Assembly (NCBI GenBank): GCA_944383915.1
Contig: CALWRJ010000010.1
Span: 139,828 to 203,827, forward strand
Length of the DNA: 64,000 nt
Direction: 5' to 3'
From: an uncultured Clostridia bacterium
GTDB lineage: Bacteria; Bacillota; Clostridia; Christensenellales; UBA1242
The notes under the pieces are model-generated. The model saw only the letters and a list, made by a program, of their open reading frames with translations. It was not told where the DNA came from and did not search any database. Within the stretch, counting starts at the first letter, position 1; every line of letters starts with the position of its first letter. The position numbers and the translations under genes are program-made. Below are positions 27,284 to 36,156 of the stretch, piece by piece.

Positions 27284-28486
27284 ATGGAAAATGAAATTAT
27301 TCAAAAAATCACTGATTATTTAGTTGGCACACATAAGGACTACATTTTATTTATTTCGCTATTAAAAAACGAAAATAAGCAAAGCGCTAAAAATTATGAC
27401 ACCGAATTTTTGCTCATAACGGACGGAATTGACTACGAGCGCAATCAAGAAATTATGAAGTATTTAAGAGAAAATTTTAGTGGCAGTTTAAGCGTAACCT
27501 TTACTTCTAAAAAAGAAACTGCAAATCTTAATATTTTAAACTATAAAACAATGCTGGGGCTATATCTTGCGCAAAAAGGTTTAAGTGATGTTTTGTATCA
27601 CAATCAAGACTTTACTTTTCAAATTGATGAAAATATATTAAAGAGCACTTCGTCTACATTATGTTCAAACGAAATTTCAAAAATAATAAACATAGTCGCC
27701 GATTTTGACAACTTACCTAACAAAATTCAGGGACAATATACGCTAAAAAGACTAGTTTACCTAGCGTTACAAAAGTATTTTATATCATTAAACATATTTC
27801 CTAAAAACCTAAATGAAGCTTTCGCAATTTTAAAGGACAAGTTTTCTTTTGATTTAGAAATTGATGTTGAAAAAGTCTTAAATCAAGAAAATAATACAGA
27901 CGCTGATTACGAAAAATTGAAAAAAGCTTGTTTTGAGATAGCCGAATTTTTGCTTGAACGCCAAAACGAAAGGAAGTTTACTAATACAATTTCGCAAGAT
28001 ATAAGAGTTAGAGCAAATGATGTTACCTATAAAGTGCGTGCGGGAGGTTTGGTTGAATTTAATGGCAAATTTTTGCTTGTTAAAATGGGGCTTGGTTCGT
28101 ATTGGTGTGTTCCTGGCGGGCATTTGGAGTGGTTTGAAAATTCCGAAAACGCTGTTATTCGCGAGGTTGAGGAGGAAACAAAAATGCCTGTCGTGGTACA
28201 AAATTTATTTTTATTGCACGAAAACTTTTATTTGAATGTTAAAAATCAAAAATTCCACGAAATGTGCTTTTACTACCTTTTAAAACCTAAAAATGAAAAC
28301 AAAGTAATTAAGGACGAAATTAGAGAGGAATTTGACAAAGACAAAAAAGACGTGCTAGAATTTAAGTGGTTTACAAAGGCGGAAATTCAAAATCTCGACA
28401 TCAAGCCTACAATCATTAAAGATATAATTTTAAGTGATAAAATTTATTCTATGAACCACGAAATAAAGCGAAATATAAATGATTGA
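27284..28486 (+). CDS. fusion protein: degenerate nucleotidyltransferase-like N-domain + NUDIX hydrolase
   Basis: C-terminal Nudix box GGHLEWFENSENAVIREVEEETKM. The N-terminal ~240 aa have an NTase-like strand (NYDTEFLLITD) and a helical domain, but no G[SG] motif. Confidence 0.6.
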   Translation: MENEIIQKITDYLVGTHKDYILFISLLKNENKQSAKNYDTEFLLITDGIDYERNQEIMKYLRENFSGSLSVTFTSKKETANLNILNYKTMLGLYLAQKGLSDVLYHNQDFTFQIDENILKSTSSTLCSNEISKIINIVADFDNLPNKIQGQYTLKRLVYLALQKYFISLNIFPKNLNEAFAILKDKFSFDLEIDVEKVLNQENNTDADYEKLKKACFEIAEFLLERQNERKFTNTISQDIRVRANDVTYKVRAGGLVEFNGKFLLVKMGLGSYWCVPGGHLEWFENSENAVIREVEEETKMPVVVQNLFLLHENFYLNVKNQKFHEMCFYYLLKPKNENKVIKDEIREEFDKDKKDVLEFKWFTKAEIQNLDIKPTIIKDIILSDKIYSMNHEIKRNIND

Positions 28487-28591
28487 TAATTACTTCATTA
28501 GCAATTTTTACTATTTTGTTTTGAAAATTTTGTTTAAATAGTTTATAATATAGTTAGTTCAATTTTAGGTGAAAAAGGTTAAGGCGGAAAA

Positions 28592-29245
28592 ATGAGTAAA
28601 GAAAAAAATGTTGTTGAATTTTATGTGTTATGCAATAAGTTGAAAAATATTTTGCGCAAGGGCTGGCTTGAATGGGAAGTTAAGGCGGAGCGCGTTGAGA
28701 GTGTGGCGGAGCATATTTTTGGCACGCAGATGCTCGCTCTTGCTATGTGGTCCGAATTTCACTATGAAATAGACATTAAGAAAGTTTTGTTTATGCTTTC
28801 TATTCACGAAATGGAGGAGATTTTAATCGGTGATTTATCCCTATTTGATGTGGACAAAGAGACAAAAAAGAAGTTGGGACACAAGGCGGTGGCAAAGGTT
28901 TTAAGCACGCTAGAAAGCAAAGATTATATCGAAAGTTTAATTTTTGAATTTGACGAACGCAAGACGCCCGAAGCCCTTTTCGCCTTTCAGTGTGATAAGT
29001 TGGAGTGCGATTTGCAGTGTAAACTCTACGATGAGCGCGGGTGCGTTGATGACGAAACTTTAAATAATAAAAAAGATATGGAAGCGATAGTTAAACAATT
29101 CATTGACGAAAGCGATTCTTGGTCACAAGCGTGGCTTAAATTTGGGCAAAAGATATATAACTACGACAAAAACTTCACAGCAGTATCAAACTATTGTATG
29201 AAAAATGAAATTTCTATACTTAATAAAGTAGACACCAAAAAATAG
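28592..29245 (+). CDS. HD-domain phosphohydrolase (YfbR-like 5'-deoxynucleotidase family)
   Basis: VESVAEHIFGT..LSIHEMEEILIGDL gives the H..HD-type metal ligands in the YfbR arrangement. Confidence 0.65.
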   Translation: MSKEKNVVEFYVLCNKLKNILRKGWLEWEVKAERVESVAEHIFGTQMLALAMWSEFHYEIDIKKVLFMLSIHEMEEILIGDLSLFDVDKETKKKLGHKAVAKVLSTLESKDYIESLIFEFDERKTPEALFAFQCDKLECDLQCKLYDERGCVDDETLNNKKDMEAIVKQFIDESDSWSQAWLKFGQKIYNYDKNFTAVSNYCMKNEISILNKVDTKK

Positions 29246-29325
29246 CAAATACATACAATTTTTAGCAATTTATTTGTCAATAAAAAATAGTGGCTTATTA
29301 AATTTTGAAACTAGCCATAATAAAA

Positions 29326-29358
29326 AAGGAACTTCATAAAAGTAGCAAGTTCCTTTTT
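29326..29358 (+). terminator. Rho-independent terminator
   Basis: AAGGAACTT-12 nt-AAGTTCCTT followed by TTTT. Confidence 0.7.
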
Positions 29359-29414
29359 GTATTAGTTTAAAAAGATATAAACTAAAAATCATTTATTTTT
29401 TGCCTTTTTAAAAG

Positions 29415-29760
29415 CAATTATGGAAGTTATTTTCTAAATAAAATTTTAGCCACAATTACTAATTACTAATTTCTAATTCCTAATTATTTACATTTTTCCG
29501 CTACGCGCGGAGCGGTGCTGTGGACCGCACAGGTCAATAGCGTATGCAAGCATACGCGGAAGTCCGAAAATATTATTGCATTTCTCTTTTATGTTAACAC
29601 TAAAATATGTTAGTGTTTAATTAGAAAAAGGAAGTTTATATATTTATTAAGCTTCGCGCGCCAGCGCACTTTAATTGCTAATTGCTAACCGCTAATTGCT
29701 AATTGCTATTTCTCGCTTTGCGAGTAAAATTGCTAATTCGCGTTTACGCGTAAGTTTTTT
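29415..29760. repeat. mosaic intergenic repeat element (locus 2)
   Basis: AATTATGGAAGTTATTTTCTAAATAAAATTTTAGCCACAATT (also at 56813), an ACTAATT/TCTAATT/CCTAATT array, core copy 1, GCTAATT arrays, and the mini-hairpin CTCGC-TTT-GCGAG. Confidence 0.85.
29498..29639 (+). repeat. structured core of mosaic element, copy 1
   Basis: CCGC-TACGC-GCGG, CTGTG-GACCG-CACAG, AATAGC, GCGTATGC-AA-GCATACGC, GGAAGTCCGAAAATATT, AACACTAA..TTAGTGTT, AATTAGAAAAAGGAAGTTTAT. Confidence 0.8.
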
Positions 29761-29984
29761 GGCTTCTTTTGTCGAATGTAAAAAATTATTAATAATTACT
29801 AAACATTTTATATTTTATTTGGTAAATTTAAAGCACAAAATAATACTTTAAGGGGGTGCAAAATTTAGGGAGGGAGTTTATGGACAACTTCGATTTAAGA
29901 TTGATAACAACTATTCCAAATGAAAAATGCTTAAAAATTGCAGAAAAATCAAATAAAATATTATTAAATAAGGGGGAATTTCTT

Positions 29985-30380
29985 ATGGAAAATTTAAAAA
30001 GAATACATACAATTTGGAAGCCAGCGCTTGCGGTGTTGATATTAGTGGGACTGTGTTTAGGTATATTATCAGGCTGTGGCGAAAGTAGTTTAACTGGCAC
30101 TTGGACGCTTTCAAGAGTCACAAATGGCGAAACAACGGTTAATGCGGACGATACGAACAAGGGCGATTTCGAAGCGCCTTTTGAAAACGAACTAAAATTT
30201 AATGACGATGGCACGGGCACAATAAAAGTTAATTCCGCCGAAGCGCAAGATATGACTTGGACACAAGACGGCGATAAAATAACAATTTCGGTCAACACAA
30301 CTCAAACTGTCTATACCTTAAGCGGTAGCGAACTAACAATTCAAGACGGCGACACTAAATATTTCTATACTAAATCATAA
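29985..30380 (+). CDS. lipoprotein, unknown function
   Basis: MENLKRIHTIWKPALAVLILVGLCLGILSGC lipobox; RBS AAGGGGGAA. An in-frame alternative start at 29880 (RBS GGGAGGGAG) is possible. Confidence 0.55.
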   Translation: MENLKRIHTIWKPALAVLILVGLCLGILSGCGESSLTGTWTLSRVTNGETTVNADDTNKGDFEAPFENELKFNDDGTGTIKVNSAEAQDMTWTQDGDKITISVNTTQTVYTLSGSELTIQDGDTKYFYTKS

Positions 30381-30381
30381 A

Positions 30382-30408
30382 AATAAGCGATTTTTCGCTT
30401 ATTTTTTC
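30382..30408 (+). terminator. Rho-independent terminator
   Basis: ATAAGCGA-TTTTT-CGCTTAT followed by TTTTTT. Confidence 0.75.
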
Positions 30409-30843
30409 TTACGCTTCGCTTTACGCAACTCCGTTATGCGCTTCGCCATTCGGCTTCGCTTTATTTTGAATTTTGAATTACGGGCGCTTGTGCGCGAAGC
30501 TTTTTTATAGATAAATAAACTTCCTTTTTAATTTCATATTAACAAAATAATGAAATGCAATATTAATTACAGACTTCCGCGTATGCTTGCATACGCTAAT
30601 GAGCCAGCGGGGCAACAAAAGTATTAGTGGTCTAAAAGTGAATTGTACTCGCCGTAGGCGTATTGCTTGGACGGTCACCGTCCCGCTCCGCGCGTAGCGG
30701 AAAAAAATGCGAAGCATTTTGCTTTCTGTGCAAAAAGATTTTGCGTTAGCAAAAATTTTTGCCAAAAACCTAAACAAAACAAACAATATAAAGAAGCAAA
30801 AACAAACCAAAAAAATTAAAGAAAAAATAACAGTGATTTGCTG
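30409..30843. repeat. mosaic intergenic repeat element (locus 3, inverted relative to the others)
   Basis: TTTGAATT units, core copy 2 in reverse orientation, then the palindrome pair GCAAAAAGATTTTGC / GCAAAAATTTTTGC and an A-rich tract running into the 3' end of rsmI. Confidence 0.85.
30515..30700 (-). repeat. structured core of mosaic element, copy 2 (reverse orientation, ~45-nt longer)
   Basis: The reverse complement carries CCGC-TACGC-GCGG .. GCGTATGC-AA-GCATACGC GGAAGTC .. ATTTCAT..ATGAAAT .. AAAAAGGAAGTTTAT. The extra segment matches 54300-54350. Confidence 0.8.
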
Positions 30844-31662
30844 TTATTTTTTCTTTAAAAGTTCATTATATATTTCGCTTTTGGGGAGGTTGCGGTCGCG
30901 GGCAACGAGTTTGAGTGCTTCCATTCGGCTAACGCCTGTTGCCTGGTAGTGCGCGACATGTTCCTCAATTGTTAGTTTATTTAATTCGTTTAGAATAGGT
31001 TTTCCTTCGATGACGATTACAAACTCACCCTTAGGGCGCGGAATTTCTATTTCGCCTAGGACACCGCGGAAAGTTGCCTCAAATTTTTTAGTGATATCGT
31101 TTGAAATGCTAACTTTTCGGCTACCGAGAACGGAGTGCAAGTCCTCTAAATCTTTTTTTAAATCGTGGCAAGCGGAATAAAACACAAGCGTACATTCGGC
31201 ATTTGAAAGGCGCTGGATATAATTAATTCTGTCGTGGCGATGCTCGGGCAGAAAACCACCAAACACGAAGGCGCTTGCATCTATTCCAGACATAACAAGA
31301 GCCGAAAGCCCCGCGTTCGCCCCTGGGATAATTTCAAAATCGAAGTTGTGCTCGATTAACTTATTTATTAGCACCGCCCCCGGATCTGAAATGACGGGCA
31401 TACCCGCATCACTGATAACCGCAACATTTTTGCCGTTTTTAAGGAGTTGAAAAATATACCCTGCGCTTTTATTTTCATTAAATTTATGGTATGAAATGGT
31501 GGGGCGCGAGATTTCGTAGTGGCTTAATAAAATTGCCGAGTGCCTAGTATCCTCGCAAGCAATATAATCGCAACTTTTTAAAACTTCAAGCGCGCGCAAA
31601 GTAATGTCTCCTAAATTTCCAATAGGCGTTGCCACAAAATAAACTTTACCTTTATTCATCAA
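30844..31662 (-). CDS. rsmI: 16S rRNA (cytidine1402-2'-O)-methyltransferase RsmI
   Basis: GKVYFVATPIGNLGDITLRALEVLKSCDYIACEDTRHS is a canonical RsmI N-terminus; 272 aa. Confidence 0.9.
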   Translation of the reverse strand: MMNKGKVYFVATPIGNLGDITLRALEVLKSCDYIACEDTRHSAILLSHYEISRPTISYHKFNENKSAGYIFQLLKNGKNVAVISDAGMPVISDPGAVLINKLIEHNFDFEIIPGANAGLSALVMSGIDASAFVFGGFLPEHRHDRINYIQRLSNAECTLVFYSACHDLKKDLEDLHSVLGSRKVSISNDITKKFEATFRGVLGEIEIPRPKGEFVIVIEGKPILNELNKLTIEEHVAHYQATGVSRMEALKLVARDRNLPKSEIYNELLKKK

Positions 31663-32467
31663 TATCCTCCTCGCTTTCCGCCCTAACTAAAACGGTGATT
31701 TCATCGGGCTGGTATTTAGTAATTGCTTTTGTCTTGTCCTCAAGGCGCACCGCCACCTTTTCGCCTAGCACATCGATAAAAACGACTTCGCCCTTGCCGT
31801 CTTTTGTCTCTACAATACTATTTATCGTTGGCATATTGGCAAGCACATCGCGGTACTGCGAATACTCATATTGAAGGCAACACATCAGTTTGCCACAAAC
31901 ACCGTTTACCCTGCTAGGTGTAAGCGCCATTCCTTGCACCTTTGCCATTTTTATCGAAGTTTGGCGCGGAATATTTAAAAATCGGCGACAGCACAACAAC
32001 TGCCCGCACTGCCCGCAACCACCGTAAAACTTCGCTTCATCGCGCTCACTAATTTGGCGCATTTCAACTCGCATCTTAAAAATGCCCGCAAGGTCCTTTA
32101 CTAACTGGCGAAAGTCTATGCGGTCGTTTGCAGTGTACATAACTAAAATTTTTTTGTTATCGAGCGAACGCAAAACAGTTACGAGTTTACACTCAATGCC
32201 GAGTTTTTGGATTTGCTCTAAAACTTTTTCTTTGTCCGCTTCGCAAAAATCTAGCATTCGCTTATTTAAGTCGATGTCGTTTTCTGTTGCAACGCGCAAA
32301 ACGCTCCCTAAATTTTCGCCATCGCCTTCCCCCACGCTCTCGACTATACCAAACTCTTGAAAAATATCGTTTAGCACTACGACTTTATCCCCTTTTTGAA
32401 GGGAAAATTCGCTAGTAAATGGCAGGGCGCGACCGTCATTTAATCGAACATTTACAATACTGGCCAC
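31652..32467 (-). CDS. yaaT: PSP1-domain protein YaaT/RicT
   Basis: 271 aa with Cys cluster GGCGQCGQLLCCRRFL..CGKLMCCLQYE. Conserved position between holB and rsmI. Confidence 0.85.
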   Translation of the reverse strand: MASIVNVRLNDGRALPFTSEFSLQKGDKVVVLNDIFQEFGIVESVGEGDGENLGSVLRVATENDIDLNKRMLDFCEADKEKVLEQIQKLGIECKLVTVLRSLDNKKILVMYTANDRIDFRQLVKDLAGIFKMRVEMRQISERDEAKFYGGCGQCGQLLCCRRFLNIPRQTSIKMAKVQGMALTPSRVNGVCGKLMCCLQYEYSQYRDVLANMPTINSIVETKDGKGEVVFIDVLGEKVAVRLEDKTKAITKYQPDEITVLVRAESEEDIDE

Positions 32468-33450
32468 TTGTGTCTAACCTCCAAAATTTTAAATAAAAAC
32501 CCGTCTACGATTGAATTGAAATTGCAATTTCGCTTTCGCTCCTCGACAATTTTTAGGACAACATCATTTAAATTAATAATGGCATCAAGGCTAAATTCTT
32601 GCGCCACAAGTTTAGCGATTTTGTCTCCTTCACCACCGATCAGAACTGCCAACGCGCGAGCGCAAATATTTAGATAAACATCGAGCACTTCCTCGAAATT
32701 TTCGTTGTAATTATATAGTTTAGAAGCAAAATCTAGCATTTGCCACGACTTACGAAAATCACGAAAAAGGCTTTCTACAAGCCCTACAATTTCGCTAAAA
32801 TTCTCGTTTAGCGCGTATTTTAAGGCTTGCGAACACGATTTATCGCAGTAATTTAACACGGTGCGTGCGGTGTCGGGCGCAACTCCGTTTTTCTCTAAAA
32901 CTTGTAAAATCTCGCTACCGGTAAAATTAGGCACGACAACTTGTCTACAACGCGATTTTATCGTCTGCAAAATATTACTCGTATCCGTTGCGATTAGGAT
33001 AAAATAAGTGTTGTGCGGGGGCTCCTCGAGTGTTTTTAGGAGTTTATTTTGCTGAATTGCGTCAATATTATTTGCGTTATTTATGACGAACACTTTTTTG
33101 TCCGCCTCGTAGGGCGCGGTGTACACATTTGTAATTAAGTCCTCGATTTCGGCGGAGTTTACCGTTTTGTTTGACCTAGGGTAATACAAGACATCGACAT
33201 TGTTATTATGCATCACTTTTTTGCAACCTTCGCACTCGCCACACGGCTTGTTTTCGCTTTCGCACATTAGTGCCATAACGAGATTTTTAGAAAACTGCTC
33301 GAGCGCGTACGAATCAGGGCTAATAAGTATTAAACTGTGACTCAATTTTCCGTTTTTAATGTCGTGGCAGACGGGGTGCTGTCTAAACTTTTGAATATCC
33401 ATAATACTCCTTTGTGTGCTCGTCATATTTTTGATTGAAAATTTTAACAA
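32452..33450 (-). CDS. holB: DNA polymerase III delta' subunit
   Basis: LSHSLILISPD.., zinc module CGECEGCKK, KLLKTLEEPP, SRC. Downstream of tmk. Exact start uncertain (overlaps the tmk 3' end). Confidence 0.8.
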   Translation of the reverse strand: MLKFSIKNMTSTQRSIMDIQKFRQHPVCHDIKNGKLSHSLILISPDSYALEQFSKNLVMALMCESENKPCGECEGCKKVMHNNNVDVLYYPRSNKTVNSAEIEDLITNVYTAPYEADKKVFVINNANNIDAIQQNKLLKTLEEPPHNTYFILIATDTSNILQTIKSRCRQVVVPNFTGSEILQVLEKNGVAPDTARTVLNYCDKSCSQALKYALNENFSEIVGLVESLFRDFRKSWQMLDFASKLYNYNENFEEVLDVYLNICARALAVLIGGEGDKIAKLVAQEFSLDAIINLNDVVLKIVEERKRNCNFNSIVDGFLFKILEVRHKWPVL

Positions 33451-34042
33451 TGTTTTTATGCGCCTCGAGCATATCTTTTGAAGTGTCTATTGTGACAAAG
33501 CGGTTCGGCTCGCCTTTTGCGATTGCATCAAAGCCATTTAGCACGCGTTTGTGAAATTCGATGCCCGCTTGCTCCAAAGTGTCGTCTTGCTCGGCTCCGC
33601 CTTTCCTAGAAAATGCGGTTTCAGGGTCGATACGCAAGTAAAAAGTAAGGTCGGGAACGATTCCGTGCGTAGCGATTTTGTTTAGCGCTTTCACCATTTC
33701 GATATCAAGCCCGCGCCCATACCCTTGATACGCGGTAGTTGAATCGTAAAATCTATCAAGCACAACGATTTTGCCTTCTTTTAAGGCTGGAATAATCACT
33801 TTTTCGACAATATCGGCGCGCGCGGACTCGAAAAGCAACAACTCACTAATAGGCGACTTGTCGGCAAATTTTGCATCTTTTACGAGCGCGCGAACGGCTT
33901 CACTAAAAATCGTGCCACCTGGTTCGCGAGTTATTAAGTAATCAATACCTTCGCTTTTTAGTTGCGCCTCCAAAAGTGAACAGTGCGTTGATTTCCCACT
34001 ACCGTCACCACCTTCAAAAGTAACTAGCATTCCCTTGTACAT
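33383..34042 (-). CDS. tmk: thymidylate kinase
   Basis: MYKGMLVTFEGGDGSGKST P-loop, ..TREPGGT.., DRF. Start at 34042 has RBS AAGGGGGAA; the track start at 34093 is unlikely. Confidence 0.9.
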   Translation of the reverse strand: MYKGMLVTFEGGDGSGKSTHCSLLEAQLKSEGIDYLITREPGGTIFSEAVRALVKDAKFADKSPISELLLFESARADIVEKVIIPALKEGKIVVLDRFYDSTTAYQGYGRGLDIEMVKALNKIATHGIVPDLTFYLRIDPETAFSRKGGAEQDDTLEQAGIEFHKRVLNGFDAIAKGEPNRFVTIDTSKDMLEAHKNIVKIFNQKYDEHTKEYYGYSKV

Positions 34043-34091
34043 AGTATTCCCCCTTGTTATACTAATTGTATCACACAAAGGAAAGTTTGTC

Positions 34092-34118
34092 AAAAAAAGT
34101 GAGTAGTTAACTCACTTT
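34092..34118 (-). terminator. Rho-independent terminator distal to the repeat block
   Basis: Minus strand reads AGTGAG-TTAACTA-CTCACT followed by TTTTTTT. Confidence 0.7.
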
Positions 34119-34347
34119 TAATAATTAGGAATTAGTAATTAGGAATTATGGAAGGTATTTAATATTAATTTTATACCCAGCAATAACCGCTAATTGCTCA
34201 TTGCTAATTGCTAATTCACGCTTTGCGTGGTAGATTGCTAATTGATAATTCTCGCAAAGCGAGTAGGCTTGCGCGCACGCGCACATTAATTGCTAACTGC
34301 TAATTGCTAATTGCTAATTTAATTTTGAATTTTTGTAAAATTCAAAA
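34119..34347. repeat. mosaic intergenic repeat element (locus 4)
   Basis: AATTAGG/AATTAGT array, ATGGAAGG..TTTTATACCCAGC, GCTAATT arrays, CTCGC-AAA-GCGAG, GCGCGCACGCGCAC, and the palindrome AATTTTGAATTTT-GT-AAAATTCAAAATT at the prsA-like stop. Confidence 0.85.
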
Positions 34348-36087
34348 TTAATACAAATCATCATACACAGACGGGTTTTTCACGATGTCTTTCCCTGCTT
34401 TTACAGCATTTAAGATGCTTGCTTCGTAGACATTGTAACTAGTTAGGGTTACTTGTTCAATAATTGCGTCAAGCATTGTTTTGTTGTAAAGTGGGTTAAG
34501 ATAGTAGCCATTGAGTTGCGCTAAAATGCTTGCGTCACTCATACCACCAACACTGATTGACTGTGCTTTTCCTGTATACATAATGATGTGGTAGCCATAC
34601 TCGGTTTCTACAAGCCCAGAATAAGTGCCAACACTTCCAGCGCCGTTATTATATAAATCACGGCTAGTGTTTGCGAATGCTTCTACCATACTATCTTTGT
34701 CTGGGTCAAGTGGAATGTAGTAGCAAGATTCGGCATTTAAAGTTGCCTCATCGGTTGAGTACTTGTGCATAAAGTCGCGGAAAACTGCGAGTTTAGCGCT
34801 CTCTGTTTGAGCAACGGTCATTGCGCTATTTAGATTGCGAACGACTGCTTCAAGGCTTTCGTACTCGCCTGTTTCACGGTTGTATGCTTGAGTTTGTGAT
34901 TTTATGCGAGCAACATTTTTCTCGTACTCAGATTTGGTAATTTGTCCGTTTGTGAGTTTTTTTTCCTCGGCATCGATTGCGTCATTTTGTTCATCACTAA
35001 AACCAAACAAAATGTGGTTTACCTTAAAGTATCCGCTAGCATCGTACATATAGTACACTTGCTCGGCACTTGTTGGAATTAAATCGTCAAACGCATCCGG
35101 GTTCGCGTTAAAGTATTCGTACTGCGCGTTGTATAATTCTTTAAATTTAGTTGCAACTTCGTTTACTGTAATTGATTGCGAGTCTAAGTAGTTATTTTGG
35201 AATGCGGTTAAAATCGCGTTTTCGTAGTAGATGTTGTATACTCTTTCAACTTCGCGCAAGAATGCTTCGCTGTTTACTTTACTCAAATTGCGGTCTGCTT
35301 CGTTGCGAAGGAGCCCGTTTATAAAGTCTGTCCACGCGTCATCGCTGTAAGAATCCTCGTGGTCGTTTGTTGTGTCATTGTCCATCATAACACTATCGGT
35401 ATACTCCCAATAGTTTTGGCGGAAGTTGTTGTACGCAAGTGTTGCTTTTTGAGAGAAAGTTAAGTCAAGTGTTGAATCAAAAAGCGCGATTGATTCGTTC
35501 TCAACGATTTCATCGTCATCGAGTTTTACAAGGGCGAACTCGCCTGTCGAATAGTCGTAGTAGTACTCATAAGTTTTTTCGTAAGCAGAGTATGCGGTGC
35601 TGTCTGTTTCGTCAGTTGGTTCGGTAATAGACACATCGTCCTGCGCTCTAAGGTCGTCTTCATAACTCTTTACTGCCGAATTAATGTAGTCGTACACACT
35701 GCGCCAAACTTCGTTTGACTCGTACATAGATAGAGTAACTTTTTGTACATTTAGTCTTGCTCTCTCGTCTGCCATATCGTCAGCCGTTAAGAAGTCGACT
35801 AAAACGGCACGGTCGAGCGCAAGGTCGAGAGTTTGCTCGACTCCGCTTTGAGTAGCGGTGCTAGAATTGTCAAAACGACTGTTGCCGATGCTCTTATAAG
35901 TAATAATTAAGTTTTCGCGAGTAACAACAACGCGCCCGTTGTCATAACTTGCGGCAACTTCGGCGAGTTGCTTATCCACATTTACAGTTACTAAATCGCA
36001 ACCTGCAAAAATAGGAATTAGCAAAACGCAAATCGCAATTATAAGGTACTTAAATATTGAAGTTGTTTGATTTTTTAATTTAGCCAA
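34348..36087 (-). CDS. PrsA/SurA-like peptidyl-prolyl isomerase lipoprotein (parvulin domain)
   Basis: Lipobox IFAGC; parvulin signatures VNHILFGF and YGYHIIMY. I prefer the TTG start at 36087 (AGGAGA RBS) to the track start at 36156. Confidence 0.7.
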   Translation of the reverse strand: MAKLKNQTTSIFKYLIIAICVLLIPIFAGCDLVTVNVDKQLAEVAASYDNGRVVVTRENLIITYKSIGNSRFDNSSTATQSGVEQTLDLALDRAVLVDFLTADDMADERARLNVQKVTLSMYESNEVWRSVYDYINSAVKSYEDDLRAQDDVSITEPTDETDSTAYSAYEKTYEYYYDYSTGEFALVKLDDDEIVENESIALFDSTLDLTFSQKATLAYNNFRQNYWEYTDSVMMDNDTTNDHEDSYSDDAWTDFINGLLRNEADRNLSKVNSEAFLREVERVYNIYYENAILTAFQNNYLDSQSITVNEVATKFKELYNAQYEYFNANPDAFDDLIPTSAEQVYYMYDASGYFKVNHILFGFSDEQNDAIDAEEKKLTNGQITKSEYEKNVARIKSQTQAYNRETGEYESLEAVVRNLNSAMTVAQTESAKLAVFRDFMHKYSTDEATLNAESCYYIPLDPDKDSMVEAFANTSRDLYNNGAGSVGTYSGLVETEYGYHIIMYTGKAQSISVGGMSDASILAQLNGYYLNPLYNKTMLDAIIEQVTLTSYNVYEASILNAVKAGKDIVKNPSVYDDLY

Positions 36088-36156
36088 GTCTATAGTTCTC
36101 CTAGTTAGTTTAGTAATAAGTAGTAGTATTGTAGCATAAAAATTTAGAATATGCAA

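Noticed and set aside
29591-29620. 9-codon mini-ORF inside the core element (MLTLKYVSV in copy 1, MFTLNYANI in copy 7).
   Set aside because: It has no Shine-Dalgarno sequence, is absent from copies 2, 4, 6 and 8, and the segment is better explained as the variable fourth hairpin (AACACTAA..TTAGTGTT).
29828-30810. ORFs 29828-30298 (-) and 30505-30810 (-) from the track.
   Set aside because: The first is antisense to the lipoprotein gene. The second runs through mosaic repeat and core sequence (copy 2). Neither has an RBS or a recognisable motif.
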